This document shows, in pieces, positions 20,059 to 31,906 of a DNA stretch of 64,000 nt. Each line of letters starts with the position of its first letter. The first letter of the stretch is position 1. This DNA is from Cyanidioschyzon merolae (Eukaryota): the NCBI GenBank assembly GCA_000091205.1, contig AP006495.2; one strand, given 5' to 3'. The notes below the pieces were generated by a model. That model was not told the origin of the DNA. It searched no databases and was given only the letters and a program-made list of their open reading frames with translations. Both the position numbers and the translations under genes were made by a program.

Positions 20059-21495
20059 TCAACTAATCTGCAGACGCCTTCCAGCTTTTCTCGACCGGCA
20101 ACCTACCAGTGATTCCAACTTTTTCTCATATACTTCCACCTTCAGAGATTGTTCCACAAAATTCCCTTTTGTCGGCCCGGGAGGTCTCTTTTCCATCACC
20201 GCACATCTACGTATACTGAAAGCGGCGTTAAAGTCTCGGTTCACGAATTCCATGCGTTTCTTCCCGTCCGTCCGACTCACTAGTGCGAGTCGCTCACGAA
20301 CTTTCGCCCTCCTTTCCATTTGCTCCTCCGTCAGCGGTCCGTACTTTTTTATTTCTTCAGGGTTCCGCTGGCACTTTTCCATCTCGGCCCTCTGAAGTGT
20401 ACAGCCCAGTTTATGGTGTGTATACGATTTTCGGAACACATCTATCGGTATCGTAACGAAACACCGTGCATACTCTTTGTAGGGTCTTTTCGCTGGAGCT
20501 GGCATAGTGCCTTTCTTGGGCGCCCATCGTCCTGCTCCGAATGCCACTACGAGCCTCTGACTGTCATCCTCCTTCAAGGCGCTCAACTCGTTGAAAAAAT
20601 TCGCGAATGCACGCTTCCTCCCACAATACATGTTCAGTCGCAGACGAGCCTACATGGGCTTCGAATACTCCTTCCACAGCGCATCCCAATGAGCAACGCG
20701 AACTTCCATGAACTCCCGAAAAGCTTTAAAGTTCGCTCCGCGGCTACTAGCCTCGCTCATAGCTTCCAGGTGATCCTTCACTCCTGGATTCCACTTCTCA
20801 AATTTCTTCCTCTCATTCATCATACCGGATTCTCGGTAGTATCTCGCTCTCGAGAATCTCAAAAGACGCATATCTTTCTGACGTAAGTTACCGTCAGTCC
20901 CATCTTCCGCACGCTTGGGCACAGCGACGGCTATAAAATTCGTGTTTCCAGGGTCAGCGCCAAAGACAAAGTCGTCCTCATGCACTTTTTGCGTCGCAGG
21001 ACCCGCCTCCTTCTTTTCTTCGTGCTTCGCCTCGTCAACGACAAAGTCGTTATCCTCCACCTCCTGCATCGCAGGATCCTCCTCTTTGTTTTCTTCATCC
21101 TTCGTCACGGGCGCAGCTGAGGGAGGGACTGACCGATCTTTCTTCAACCGCCGATAGTGTACACACAAGGCTACTCCATCGGTTTCGATCATCCCAGTGA
21201 ACAACTTTTGCTCGCTCACTCTCAGACGTTTGAAATTGAAGATATTCTTCCAGTACGTCTTCCGGTTTTCGCCGGTGAAGTCCTCCCTGCTAACATTGAA
21301 CTCAGGACTGATCTCCTTCATGATGCCGTAGAGGACGCCGGAGCCGATAGTCACAAAATGTGACTTGATATTGTACAATGGAACCGCGTTGAAGCGCTTA
21401 CCCATCCGGAAGGCCTTCCGTCTCTCCCACTGTTCATTTGTCTCTTCACTCAGCTTCATCTCCGCTTTGCGTTCGAGTTCACGGTCCAGAAACAC
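20059..21495 (-). pseudogene. TnpB/Fanzor-like RuvC nuclease, copy 2: intact except for one in-frame TAG (plus-strand 20650-20652, a TGG-to-TAG change relative to copy 1)
   Basis: [14 protein letters not shown] (RuvC-I), VVAFGAGRW, FRKSYTHHKLGCTLQRAEMEKCQ, FVNRDFNAAFSIRRCAVMEKR. The track splits it into 20650-21495 and 20059-20631, which share one frame. Confidence 0.7.
20961..21099 (-). repeat. Same 75-bp coding tandem repeat, 2 units
   Basis: EAKHEEKKEAGPATQKVHEDDFV; copy 2 has two units where copy 1 has four. Confidence 0.65.
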
Positions 21496-21711
21496 AACTT
21501 AGCGCATGACGAGGCGGTAGTATCTTTCCTTATCTTTTTTCAGCTCTGATATCTTGTCTGTTGGATTCGCCAGACCCAAAACTGCACGGTGCTCTTCTAC
21601 AACCGCACGGATTACAGAATCCTAATTTGTGCTCCTGCGTGACGCCTTCTTGTCGACAAATTCGACCTCATCTTCACACTGTCGATTGTTCGTGATGCCA
21701 TTGATAATCGC

Positions 21712-22465
21712 CTATATTCCTTTGCGAGAGATGCCCGGGTAGAGTGCAAACACGTCGCGTATCATGAAACGTTCGTGGTTCATCGTCAATTGGTTCTTCA
21801 GGTTCGTAATGTACTTCATTACCCCGTATGTGTAAATATTTCCGTCACCGCAGTATCGATTACCCTCGAAGCAGAATTCCGCGAAGTTTTCGTGGAGGAC
21901 TTCCACCCGCTCATTTTCCTCCCGCGCTTCCGCTGTACTAAGCATCAGCTGACGAATAAACGTCTTGTCGAAAAACTCGTCAGGAACATCGACTGTTTCC
22001 ATGTGCGTCACGTCGCGATACATCTCCCTCGCTAGATGCATCAGTCCTAAAGAAGCCTCAGGAAAACTCATGGAGTCCAACTCGCAACAGTTTCTGATGG
22101 ACTCCCGCAATTTTTGCTTTTACGAATTCTTGCTATGTCCGAGAAGACAGGCTTTCACGACCATCTCGTCGTACAGTCGTCTTTCTTGCAGCCATTAACG
22201 TAGGGCCTCCCCCTTCTGCTTCTTCGTCTTGTCTCGTTCCTCTATGTTTGGCTCTATGTATCGTTTTTTTCGCCAGCCAGCGATACTGGCCCTCCAGGGT
22301 CCTCCACGTCGCTGTCCAGAACATTGGTTTTTTATTTTTTGAAATAGAACGCACTATGAACGTCTCTGCTCTAAACCACGAAAAATACTCGAATACTCTT
22401 ATTTGAGGGTTGAAACACAACTGAAATAGAAGCCGTACTTGGCTACGACCTGACCGGAAATCCAA
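21712..22465 (-). pseudogene. ORF-A remnant of copy 2: premature TAG (TGG to TAG) and a degenerate N-terminal region
   Basis: 21712-22110 encodes ...GLMHLAREMYRDVTHMETVDVPDEFFDKTFIRQLML...GISRKGI then a stop where copy 1 reads GIWTIING. The upstream 22133-22465 segment is homologous at DNA level but disrupted. Confidence 0.6.
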
Positions 22466-24680
22466 CTTTTACATTACGGCCACACGCCAGAGATTAAGAT
22501 CACGTTTCCTTTCAACGGCGACATGCGCGTCGTGTCTCATGTCTGCCTGATCTCCCGGGTGCGCTCACCAAGCGCAATGCGTGCACCGCGCGAGACGCTG
22601 CACCAATCGATAAAGGCCTAAGATCGTTGCCGCGCACAACTTGCCTCTAGAGCCCGGTACGCGCTGCGCTGCACCACAGCGTGAGATGCGTCGCGCCCGG
22701 TGCGGCATTGATCGAGTTCCTGGTGCCTTCGACTGCGATCGCGGGCTCTCGCCCCGCGGAACGGCTATCTCTCTATAAGCGCTATACGTTTGCGAATTGT
22801 GTGGATGTCAGAATGACGCGCAACTGGCCGAACAGCGCCGCACAGCACTCACATAGAAGCGAGCATGGACTGAAAAGCAGGTACGGGCATAGGCACACGG
22901 CGTTGCGCCGCATGCTGCCGCCTTTCGCCGCGCAGCACACCGACCGAGGCGGCGTTCAACCGGCAACGCTCCGCGCCCCTGCCAGATATATTGCTTGGGA
23001 ATCTGCGCATCGCCGCTGCGTCGAATCGCGGGGCAGTATCGCTCCTGGCATCGCGTGCGTGCAGGTTTGGATCGATTGTGCCAGATGCGCGAGCGAGCGC
23101 GCGCGCCGCGGATCCCTGTGATCGATGTTTACCGAGATATATGCGCTGTCTATGAATAACTATTTTTGTTTGAAATGAATGCTAGATGTACAGTCTCAAC
23201 AATCGAGGTTCATCCATAACGAGTTCAGGAATGCGCAAACCGGTTTTCTGTTGAATTTTCGAGGGGTTGCTTTCGTGATTTGCAGCTGGAGTTTGTAGCG
23301 TTATGGAAAACAAAAGGATGTTGGAAACCTTCGAACAAGGATTCGTGAAATGATGGATATCAGAATCCGATGCATATGGACACGGCTCGAATCATCCTGT
23401 TTCCTTGCGAGAAGCATGCTGAAATCACGCGTGATTCAGGTTTTCGAATTTTTTGTTTCAGGGCAATTCGCGGGCGTAGCTATTTGCGCGGCTTGATTGA
23501 CAAGGCATAAACTGGACGCCACTGGTTAACGGCCTTTTCTATAAGCTCATGCAGAAAGTACCCGTAACTTTTCAGGTCGAAAAATCAGTTCAGATCGAAT
23601 GATAAATCATCCTGACTGTGTGGCCATCGACGAGTCAGGATTCGACGGCAGCATGATACACCCCGCGAGATGTGCTCACAGAGGCTTCGATCTCTTCTAG
23701 TTGCGTGGAAAGGGTTGCTCGACTCGTTGTTTTGTCCTCGCAGCGCTTGCTTCCAGTGGAGCGTGCATCGTCGCCTTGCACGAACGGCGGACAGGCGGAC
23801 CGAATTTTCCTTACTTGTTCTCCGGCTTGGATTTTACTTCCGGTACTTTTCTCATCACGGGCAACATGGCGTTCCATAAGCCCTGTATTGCCTGGGACAG
23901 TGTGCGCTAGCGCATGCAGCAGACAGTGTACTCGCCGAAAGCATTGACGATGACAAGCCCAGGATCGCAGGGAATGGCTCGAGTTCCAGAAACGGATGCG
24001 GGAATCTGTGGACGCCTTCCGTATCCGTAGAGGGCATGCACTGAGCGATAAGGCAAGCATTTATACGCCACAGGGTGACGCGCAAAGAAGCGTAAGCGGC
24101 GGTCACACGGAAGCACCTGACCACAACTAAGTGTCACAGCAGTGACGAGCGCACCAAAAATATGCACAGGAACGATGAACATGGGAAGCGAGGCCTAGAT
24201 CGCAACCTTTGCCTGTGCAAGAAATTGGTGCGCAACAGGAGTAAGCAGCAGAATACCGGACCTGAACGCTGCGGTAAACAGCTCTCAAGAGTTGGCGACC
24301 GAGCTGCAGGACTAGGAGGTACCAGCTAATTGAAAGCCAGCGGTGCGAGGGAGACGATAAGCGAGCAGTTGCAAAAAAAATCCGACACGGACTGGTGTTT
24401 ATTACAATGGGAAGAGATCAAAATTTAAGGACGTACACCTGACTTGTCTACCCGATCCCATCGAACTGTATTTTGACATGAGTGTTATCGGATCAACGTA
24501 GACGAACGCATGATCTACTGTATGATGCATCGCACATCCATCGCGTGAAGATGCTCATTCTCATCATCATGCTCGCCATGGCAAATATCATCGGGATCAA
24601 CGACCACTAGATACTTGACCGCTATGACCTTTATCGATTGTAAAGGCGCTCCGTATGTTCATAAACATCCAATGAAACCG

Positions 24681-25514
24681 TCAAGCTTTCGGGTCCGTTG
24701 CCTCCGGAGCTAAACTGCTACGCGGTTCAGCTGAGTACTCGCTTTCCACTCGTTGCTTGACGCGCATGAATTCGTGCTCCCAACGCATGCGCAGTCGGAA
24801 AACAGTGTCCAGGCGCTCGGGTTTCATGAGATTAAAAGCATCAATTCGTCGGTTCACTTGATGCATCTGTTCCTGGAGCTCCCGCGCTGCTGCCTCCCAG
24901 CGCTCAGCTCGTTGTGCTGTGCTCGCAGGTGACGTGTCCTCGGCGGTAGCAACTCGAGCTCGATACGCTCGTTCCAGAGCCAGACGAATACGTTTCACTT
25001 CGGCGTCTACTTCATGCATACATTCTATCCAGACAGGTCGCAGTCCGTGCCGCTGTAAAAGACCATGCATGGTATACGTGACAAGGTCGACACCGAGTGG
25101 TGGTTGCGGCAGCTGCAGTGGCCCTCGTGGGAGCCGCTCGAACGCCCCTTGCCGAATCGCTTCCTGAATCTGTGACTCAACCCAGTCACGAATGGCTCGT
25201 TCATCTTCGAAGCGACTCGAGTCCTGCTCCAGAACGGCCAGGAGGTCCTTGCGTTCGGCCTCGCCAGCAACCTTTTGCTCTAGAAAGGGATAAATGCGAT
25301 TTTGTAGAAGGTCTACGGCGCGACGCAGACGGGCAGTGCGCTCCTGTCGAGCGGCCTCACTCGGTACGACGCGTTCGGTGCGCTTTTGCACGCCTCCAGG
25401 GCCAGCAGGGCGCTCTGCTACGGCCACGAGTGCTCGGCTCGGTACTGCGTGCCAGTGACTGCGTCCACGAGTGGTGAGCGGGCGAAGCAGATATGAGCGC
25501 AGGGTACCGAGCAT
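24681..25514 (-). CDS. DUF1992 (DnaJC28-like C-terminal domain) protein; the track ORF begins with TTG at 25574 and the first ATG is at 25514
   Basis: WVESQIQEAIRQGAFERLPRGPLQLPQPPLG resembles the DUF1992 core (IREA...G.FDNLPG.GKPL); overall helical, charged protein. Confidence 0.45.
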   Translation of the reverse strand: MLGTLRSYLLRPLTTRGRSHWHAVPSRALVAVAERPAGPGGVQKRTERVVPSEAARQERTARLRRAVDLLQNRIYPFLEQKVAGEAERKDLLAVLEQDSSRFEDERAIRDWVESQIQEAIRQGAFERLPRGPLQLPQPPLGVDLVTYTMHGLLQRHGLRPVWIECMHEVDAEVKRIRLALERAYRARVATAEDTSPASTAQRAERWEAAARELQEQMHQVNRRIDAFNLMKPERLDTVFRLRMRWEHEFMRVKQRVESEYSAEPRSSLAPEATDPKA

Positions 25515-25579
25515 ATGCGACTGTTGCACAGATGACCGCCCGGGCCCTGTGTCAGTCCTCCGGAGGTGCGCCAACGCTT

Positions 25580-26100
25580 ACACCGCTGGCAAACGCCTTT
25601 CAAAAGTCGAAAGCAGTCGTCAGCAGTGCACAGTAGTGGCGGCAAACGCGCCCTGGACAAAACGTCTTCAGCTGAACTGCCGAAGCCTCACTGTCTCTCT
25701 CGACCGGCCACCTACAACTGGCTTCAACTTCATTCCGTACAATTCGACCATGGAAGGCTGCCACACAAAGCTGGCTCCTGTCAGCTCCTCGAATCGCTTC
25801 TCCAGCACCGCGCATCGTCTGATATTGATAGAAGCATTAAAGTCTGGGTTCACAAACTCCATGCGCTTCTTGCCCCCGTTGGTTGTACCCACCAGTGCGA
25901 GGAGTCCTCGAACTTTCGCCCTCATTTCCATCTGCTCTTCCGTCAACGGTCTGTACTTTTCTATATCCTCAGGGATTGGCTGAAACTGCTCTATCTTGAC
26001 CCTCCGGGACGTACACCGCAGCTCGTGGTGTATATATGATGTTTGGAGCTCATGTATCGGTATTGTGACGAAGCATCGTTCGCAATCCTTGTACGCTCAT
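25580..26100 (-). mobile_element. Solo right-end-side fragment of a Fanzor-family element (copy 5), with a RuvC-III remnant at 25668-25946
   Basis: FVNPDFNASINIRRCAVLEKR plus the conserved 3' block tacaccgctggcaaacgcctttcaaaagtcgaaag..gtgcacagtagtggcgg..cgccctggacaaaacg. Confidence 0.6.
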
Positions 26101-27279
26101 TCCGAGTCGCTGTTAACCGGAAACGATATTCTCCTCGAAAAGCCATGAAAGTGGTGCTGTGGCTTTCCGCCAGACACGGTGGCTGCTTTTGCCGTGCCCA
26201 TGGCCCTGCAGGCGTGTTTCAGGGTGCGCTGACTGCACAAAAGCGCCGAGTTCGCGCTGCTGCCCTAGCATCTGGGTGCTGGCAGCTCCACAGCACAGAT
26301 ATCTCATGATGTGCGGGTGGAGCATGCTGCTTCAGCACCGTAAGAACGACGCGCTCTCATGCGCGTTCCCCCATGATCCAAGATGTAATCCATAGAGTGA
26401 TACTGGCGGCTATCACCGAGCGTCTTGCATATAGAATGCAAATCTGGGAACTGCATCCTAGGGCTCGGAGTTCCATGTCACGAACAGTGCATATGCTCAA
26501 GATCGGTGCTCGAAGCGAACGCGCTGTACACCATACACTGCATTGCTGCACGAGAACAGTGCTATGCTCGGGGCCGGATAGAGTACCTTACGAAAAGTCA
26601 GCAGGAACGTCGCTTTCAGGTACGGTGCGTGACACGGGCCAGGCGAGAGCGATCCGTTTGCCCCTCACTTCGGAATGCGAATTCGCTGTTCATGAGTGTC
26701 TTCCCGTAGTAATGCCTCTTTACTTCAGTTCAGAGGCGCGCCTGTTCGAGTTGGTTTTGCGCTTGCGTTCGAGCTTTTTGCCGATTCTATCGTGGAGTAG
26801 ACCTGCTTTTTATTCCTCCTTGTACTCCGTGATTCACGCCCATCAAAGACGTATTTTCTATTGTGAAACGTAATGATCGCAGCACTGGGCGAATCGCTGA
26901 AGCGTTCTGCACAATCACGTCGGAGCATACGTCGTCGTTCTTCAGCAAGTCTTTCTCCCTCCGGCCAGATCGTCGACTACGGGCATTCAGAAGTGCGTCC
27001 ATTTGACGAAATAGAAAATCCGTGCGAAAGGTATGGACATGAAATCTAGGGATTCCGGAGGGCTGTCATTGCCAGGCACCGGGAAAATGGAAATAATCCC
27101 CTTCTCGTCGACCACTGAGCGAAGAAGAGCAAGTGACGACGACGACAAAGAAGAGAATAGATAGGCGAGAAAAGATGCATGCCCGACGAGACGCAGGCGA
27201 TTCTTGAGTAGCACAGAGGGCGCGAGCTCTTAGAATCTTCGCATAGATGAATTCAGTCAGCGGCAATAAATGAAAGGTA

Positions 27280-27460
27280 TTCGTGAACCGAGACTTCAAC
27301 GCCGCCATCAACATCAGGTGATATCTGGTGTCCAGGACGAGACCCGAGGATCTGAGGCGATCCAGCTTTGTGGGGCAGCCTCTCAGACTCGAATTGCAGA
27401 AGGAGGAGCTGAAACCGATAGCAGAGGGGCTGTCTAAAACGGGCTTGGAGGTGTTTGTGA
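27280..27460 (+). mobile_element. Short plus-strand RuvC-III fragment of a Fanzor-family element (copy 8)
   Basis: Plus-strand translation FVNRDFNAAINIR*..RPEDLRRSSFVGQPLRLELQKEELKPIAEG. Confidence 0.45.
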
Positions 27461-27910
27461 GTGGATATTGATTTATCATGCATCGCTGCCGAACGTTTGT
27501 AGTTTCACGGACGATGGGCAACTTAGTGTTAATTTTTCAAGTTACTGTAATATATGTCTAATGATTACCAGAGCCGTCGGCGTCGATTGGGGCCTCGTGC
27601 CGAGTTACATGCGCGCTCGCACAGAGCGTCGCAGCACCGTCGAGTCGCTGTGTTTTCGACGAGGGTGGCTTTTCATAGACGACGGCGGCTGAAGCTCTGC
27701 GTGCTTCTGTAATCGTCTGCTTTCCTCGCAAATACGCTAATTTGGATCAGCAACAACAGACGAGGCGCTTAAGCTCTAGATCTGCGGTTTGCTACTGTTC
27801 CACTCGATAGACGATTCTTTTTTGTTCACCAAAGTTCGCAGTGGTCTCGAGCTCCGCTTTGTAGCAAGGTTTCGTGCTTCTCGTCGCTGCTCTGGACCAT
27901 CTGTTGTTCT

Positions 27911-29083
27911 ATGTCGCACCGCAAGTACGAAGCTCCACGGCACGGGTCGCTTGGCTTCCTTCCCCGGGGAAGAACGAAGCGTCACAGAGGACGCGTGCGC
28001 TCCTGGCCACGGGACCCTGGACCAGCTGTGCCGCCACACCTCACTGCTTTTCCGGTGGTAAAGGCGGGCTGCACACATGTTGTGCGGCAGATCGATCGTC
28101 CTGGAAGCAAGGTCCACAAGAAGGAGGTCGCTGAACCTGTCACGATTCTGGAAGCGCCCCCGATCGTGATCTGTGGTATCGTTGGTTACAGCGAAACGCC
28201 CCGCGGCCTTCGAGCAATAAGGACGGTTTTCGCAGAGCACTTGAACGATGAAGTGAAACGCAGGTTCTACAAAAACTGGTATCGTGCGAAGAAGAAGGCC
28301 TTCACCAAATATGCGCTGGCCAAATACTCCATGGGTGAATACCGCAATGATCTAGACACCATACGCCGACACTGCAGCGTGGTGCGCGTCATTGCGCACA
28401 CCCAGCAGCGAAAGTTCCGGTTACGCCAGAAGAAAGCACATATCTTGGAAATTCAGATCAATGGCGGCACTATCCCTGAAAAGGTTGATTTTGCGGAGCG
28501 TCTGCTGGAGAAGACCGTTTCGATCGATGACGTAATCTCTAACGATGAAATGGTCGATACCATTGGTGTTACGAGAGGTAAGGGTTTTGAGGGCGTAGTC
28601 ACGCGCTTCGGTGTCCGTCGTCTGCCTCGGAAGACGCATCGTGGACTTCGAAAAGTGGCATGTATTGGAGCGTGGCACCCGGCCCGGGTGCAGTTTACTG
28701 TTCCTAGGGCTGGCCAGAGAGGCTACCATCATCGAACTCAAATGAATCTCAAGGTTTACCGAATCGGCAAGAAAGGTGATGGTAAGTCAGCAACGACCGA
28801 GTATGATCTCACGGAAAAGGGTATAACCCCGCTCGGTGGATTCCCACACTACGGTGTCATTCGTGAGGACTGGGTTATGCTTCGCGGCGCCGTGCAAGGT
28901 CCTAAGAAGCGTCCTATAATCTTACGCAAATCCCTATTCCCGCAGATTAGCCGTCGTGCTCAAGAAAAGATAGAGCTCAAGTTCATCGACACCTCGAGCA
29001 AGTGGGGCCACGGGCGTTTCCAGACTGCCGCAGAAAAAGCCCGCTACATGGGTGTTCTCAAGCGCACGGCCATCAGTACCTAG
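27911..29083 (+). CDS. RPL3: 60S ribosomal protein L3 (uL3), full length as a single exon
   Basis: [19 protein letters not shown]...HLTAF...[28 protein letters not shown]...[15 protein letters not shown]; collinear with eukaryotic RPL3 end to end. Confidence 0.95.
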   Translation: MSHRKYEAPRHGSLGFLPRGRTKRHRGRVRSWPRDPGPAVPPHLTAFPVVKAGCTHVVRQIDRPGSKVHKKEVAEPVTILEAPPIVICGIVGYSETPRGLRAIRTVFAEHLNDEVKRRFYKNWYRAKKKAFTKYALAKYSMGEYRNDLDTIRRHCSVVRVIAHTQQRKFRLRQKKAHILEIQINGGTIPEKVDFAERLLEKTVSIDDVISNDEMVDTIGVTRGKGFEGVVTRFGVRRLPRKTHRGLRKVACIGAWHPARVQFTVPRAGQRGYHHRTQMNLKVYRIGKKGDGKSATTEYDLTEKGITPLGGFPHYGVIREDWVMLRGAVQGPKKRPIILRKSLFPQISRRAQEKIELKFIDTSSKWGHGRFQTAAEKARYMGVLKRTAIST

Positions 29084-30462
29084 TCATCCGCTCGTTCCTT
29101 GACTTGCGGCAAATTATAGAGCCATATTCCAAATAAGAGCACGCCTAAACCGAGCAGGACCATAAACGAAAAACGAGACTGGACCAGCAGCGGTACTGGC
29201 AGGCAGAAAACTAGCGTTGTTAGCGGCACAGAAATCAACGATGCAACCACGGAGTCGAGAGCGGATGCGATTTTCAGCAATCGCAAACCCGTGATGTTGA
29301 ATACAATATTCACAGCAACGTACGCAAGAGCTAGCCACGGCATCCAACTGCTCTCACGCCCCGCAAATGTGCTGAGTGCACTAGAAAAGTAATCGCCAAT
29401 GGAGGGGCTTTCAGCCAAGCGAGCTGCAAAAGGTGTTGTGAAAGGCAGCATGAGCGAGATAGCAGCAAACTGCATGAGGCTCGAAAAAGTATTGACAATG
29501 AACAGATCCGGTTGCACGCCACTTCGTTTGAAAACGCGCTCTTTGAGTACAACGGCTAAGGCAACGAATGCGTAGGATCCGAAGAATAAAAACGCATTCA
29601 TCCATACGCCTCCCGAAGAGAGATTCAAAGCTGCTTCGTTCACAGTTTGAGGGCCAATGGAAATCAGCACACCGGCGAGGACAACAAGCATGCCATAAAT
29701 TTGGGTGAGCGTGTAGCGACGACCTAGCAGAGCATACGAGGCCAAGGCAATGAATATGAGGATTCCTTGATTCAGTACTGGAAGCAGAGCACCGGGAAGC
29801 CGAGAAGCAGTAAACATACCGATTACGAAAGTAAGCGCCTCCAGTGCCCCAATGAGGGCGAACAGACGCCAGTTATTCACTGCCCACTTGACCTGCGTCA
29901 TAGGGACAATACGCATGCGCACTCGTATCCAGAGAATAGAGGCATAAACCAGCACGTAGCACAAGGTGACAAAAAGTGAGAGGAAAAATGTGTACGAATA
30001 CATTATCTGCAAGTCCATCCGGTAAACTACGCGGTTCAAGACCGATAACGCCACGTACGCTGCAGTGGTCAACAGCACGTCAGACGACACCCGCGTCGCT
30101 ATTCTACCACCCGTTTTTGCAGTTTTATTCTGCTGCATGAGCAAAGAGGCTTTCCGCATTTCAACGGGTCTACTTCGGGGTGCAGTAAAGCGGGGTCCAG
30201 GCTCCACGGGGCACCCCGCAAACGTTACTCGTGCCCTAGCGCCAGTCGAGCGGAAGGCTTGGTAAAGCCGACTGACAGGCGCTTTATTTACCTCCGCTGG
30301 ACTAGCAACATGATTTCTACGGGCAAAGGGGTTAGACTTTATGGAGTGAGCGGAACAAAACTGTGATATCCATCCACTGTTGGTGAACATTGCATGCTCA
30401 TCTTTGCCACCAGAACGAAAAATTTGCCACCGCCGGGTAAATTCATGCTCGCGCGCAGACAT
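29080..30462 (-). CDS. CLT: CRT-like transporter (CLT, chloroquine-resistance-transporter-like thiol transporter). The first roughly 40 codons of the ORF read through Fanzor copy-6 sequence, so the true start is probably an internal ATG (about 30390 or 30156)
   Basis: [10 protein letters not shown]...[27 protein letters not shown]...VLKERVF match the CLT/PfCRT-family core; multiple transmembrane segments. The 3' end overlaps RPL3 by 4 bp (convergent). Confidence 0.75.
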   Translation of the reverse strand: MSAREHEFTRRWQIFRSGGKDEHAMFTNSGWISQFCSAHSIKSNPFARRNHVASPAEVNKAPVSRLYQAFRSTGARARVTFAGCPVEPGPRFTAPRSRPVEMRKASLLMQQNKTAKTGGRIATRVSSDVLLTTAAYVALSVLNRVVYRMDLQIMYSYTFFLSLFVTLCYVLVYASILWIRVRMRIVPMTQVKWAVNNWRLFALIGALEALTFVIGMFTASRLPGALLPVLNQGILIFIALASYALLGRRYTLTQIYGMLVVLAGVLISIGPQTVNEAALNLSSGGVWMNAFLFFGSYAFVALAVVLKERVFKRSGVQPDLFIVNTFSSLMQFAAISLMLPFTTPFAARLAESPSIGDYFSSALSTFAGRESSWMPWLALAYVAVNIVFNITGLRLLKIASALDSVVASLISVPLTTLVFCLPVPLLVQSRFSFMVLLGLGVLLFGIWLYNLPQVKERADD

Positions 30463-31877
30463 CTGCTAGCCTCTCTCGACTGGCTACCTGCTACAGGATT
30501 CAGTTTCTTTTTGTACATTTCTACCCTGAGAGATTGCCCCACGAAGTTGGCTCTTGTCAGCTCTGCGGGTCTCTTCTTCAGCACCGCACATCTCTCGATA
30601 TTGATAGCAGCATTAAAGTCTCGTTTCGCGTACTCCTGGCGTGCATAGTCGTTGGTTGAAGTCATCTCTCCAGGAATTTCTGGTAATCGTTCCCTCTGTA
30701 CCACGTTAGTAATGTCATCGCCCCGTCGGTCAAAAGAGTCTTCTCGGCTGTCTCCCTTTTTCATATTCTTCTTCTACGTCATCGTCACTTGCTCTTCTTT
30801 GCTTGATGGTCTTCGAGACGAGAAATTTTTCATTTTCTTTCGAGGCCGGAGATGACGGCCCTCCAGGATCTTCGAATTCCATGTGCTAACGTTTCCCATG
30901 AATTTTTCATTTCCTCAAAATGAACGCACTTCTTCGTGCCTCTAGGCGACGACCTGCCCGGAGACAGACGGACCTGCGGATGGACGACGATATGTGCCCC
31001 GGTGCGTTACATTGCGGTGCACGCTTCAGCGATTCGCCATGTGCAGCGATCATCACGTTTCACGAAAGGAAATACTCCTTCGATGCGGCTCAACCATGGA
31101 CTGTACGAAGCAATGGAAAGCAGCGCTACCCCGATAGAATCGGCAAAGCCCGGGCGCGACGGGAAATAGTGCATTGGCGTATTGTCCTATATAAAAGGAT
31201 ACGGCCAGGCGTCAGGGAGTGTGTGTCTCGAATGACTCGACGAGGTGGCTGGTGCTCTTGTATGAGCCTTCTGCAACAGCGAAACGGAGACCTCGAAATG
31301 AGTCCGCTGCAGCTGGAATAGATGATGATTTCCGAACTCTCCTTGAGTTTGGTGTTAGATATGAAGGGCGCCCTGTATGCGGATGCCCATGTACGATCCG
31401 GCTGTTTCGCGCGAAGGAGGTCTCGCCGGCTGAGCAACCGAACAGAAGCCCCTACGCCGCATACCGGCGGAGACGTTCCAGGAACTCTGCCGTTGCGATT
31501 TATGCGGAAGACAGGCATGAATGAAACAGGACTCTTTTTTGCGACTGTGTCGCAATGTCTCCAGGGCCGCACGAACGAGATGTCGACAAACAAAGACGAC
31601 CGTGGTGGCTGCTATCGTCGCTTTTGGTTTCCGCAGAGTGCCTGTTGGGGCGCTTTTCTACGATTGACCGAAAACTTGCTTTAAGAATATCTGTTTACGC
31701 CGCGGAGCGAATGCACACTATTCCAGCGTTTCTCAACCATGTGAGTTCTGTGGTATGAGTGACCTGAAGAAAGAATGCAGTACACCTTGCACTGTTCAGA
31801 AACGATATATACCCTACAGGCAACTCATCTATGATCTATAGAACGCATTATACAGTGACGTCGAAGACCTTCTGCAA
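30300..31877 (-). mobile_element. Family II internally deleted Fanzor derivative, copy 6 (more diverged RuvC-III fragment at 30339-30764, plus the 1-kb left-end-side region at 30860-31877)
   Basis: AKRDFNAAINIERCAVLKKRPAELTRANFVGQSL. The 1-kb part is near-identical to 11150-12140 and 36630-37660 and ends ..gacgtcgaagaccttctgcaa. Confidence 0.6.
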
Positions 31878-31906
31878 ACTTCAGCTGGGATGGAACGAAA
31901 GTGCGT

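Larger units (their letters stand above)
19974..22618 (-). mobile_element. Fanzor/TnpB-like element, copy 2 (family I)
   Basis: Collinear with copy 1 from the right-end motif cacaccgcaaaacgcctttcaaaag (19974) to the left-end region ending about 22618. Confidence 0.7.

Noticed and set aside
24681-25574. Calling the 24681-25574 ORF a DnaJ co-chaperone
   Set aside because: No J-domain (HPD motif) is present. Only the DUF1992-type segment is visible, so the call is limited to DUF1992-like.
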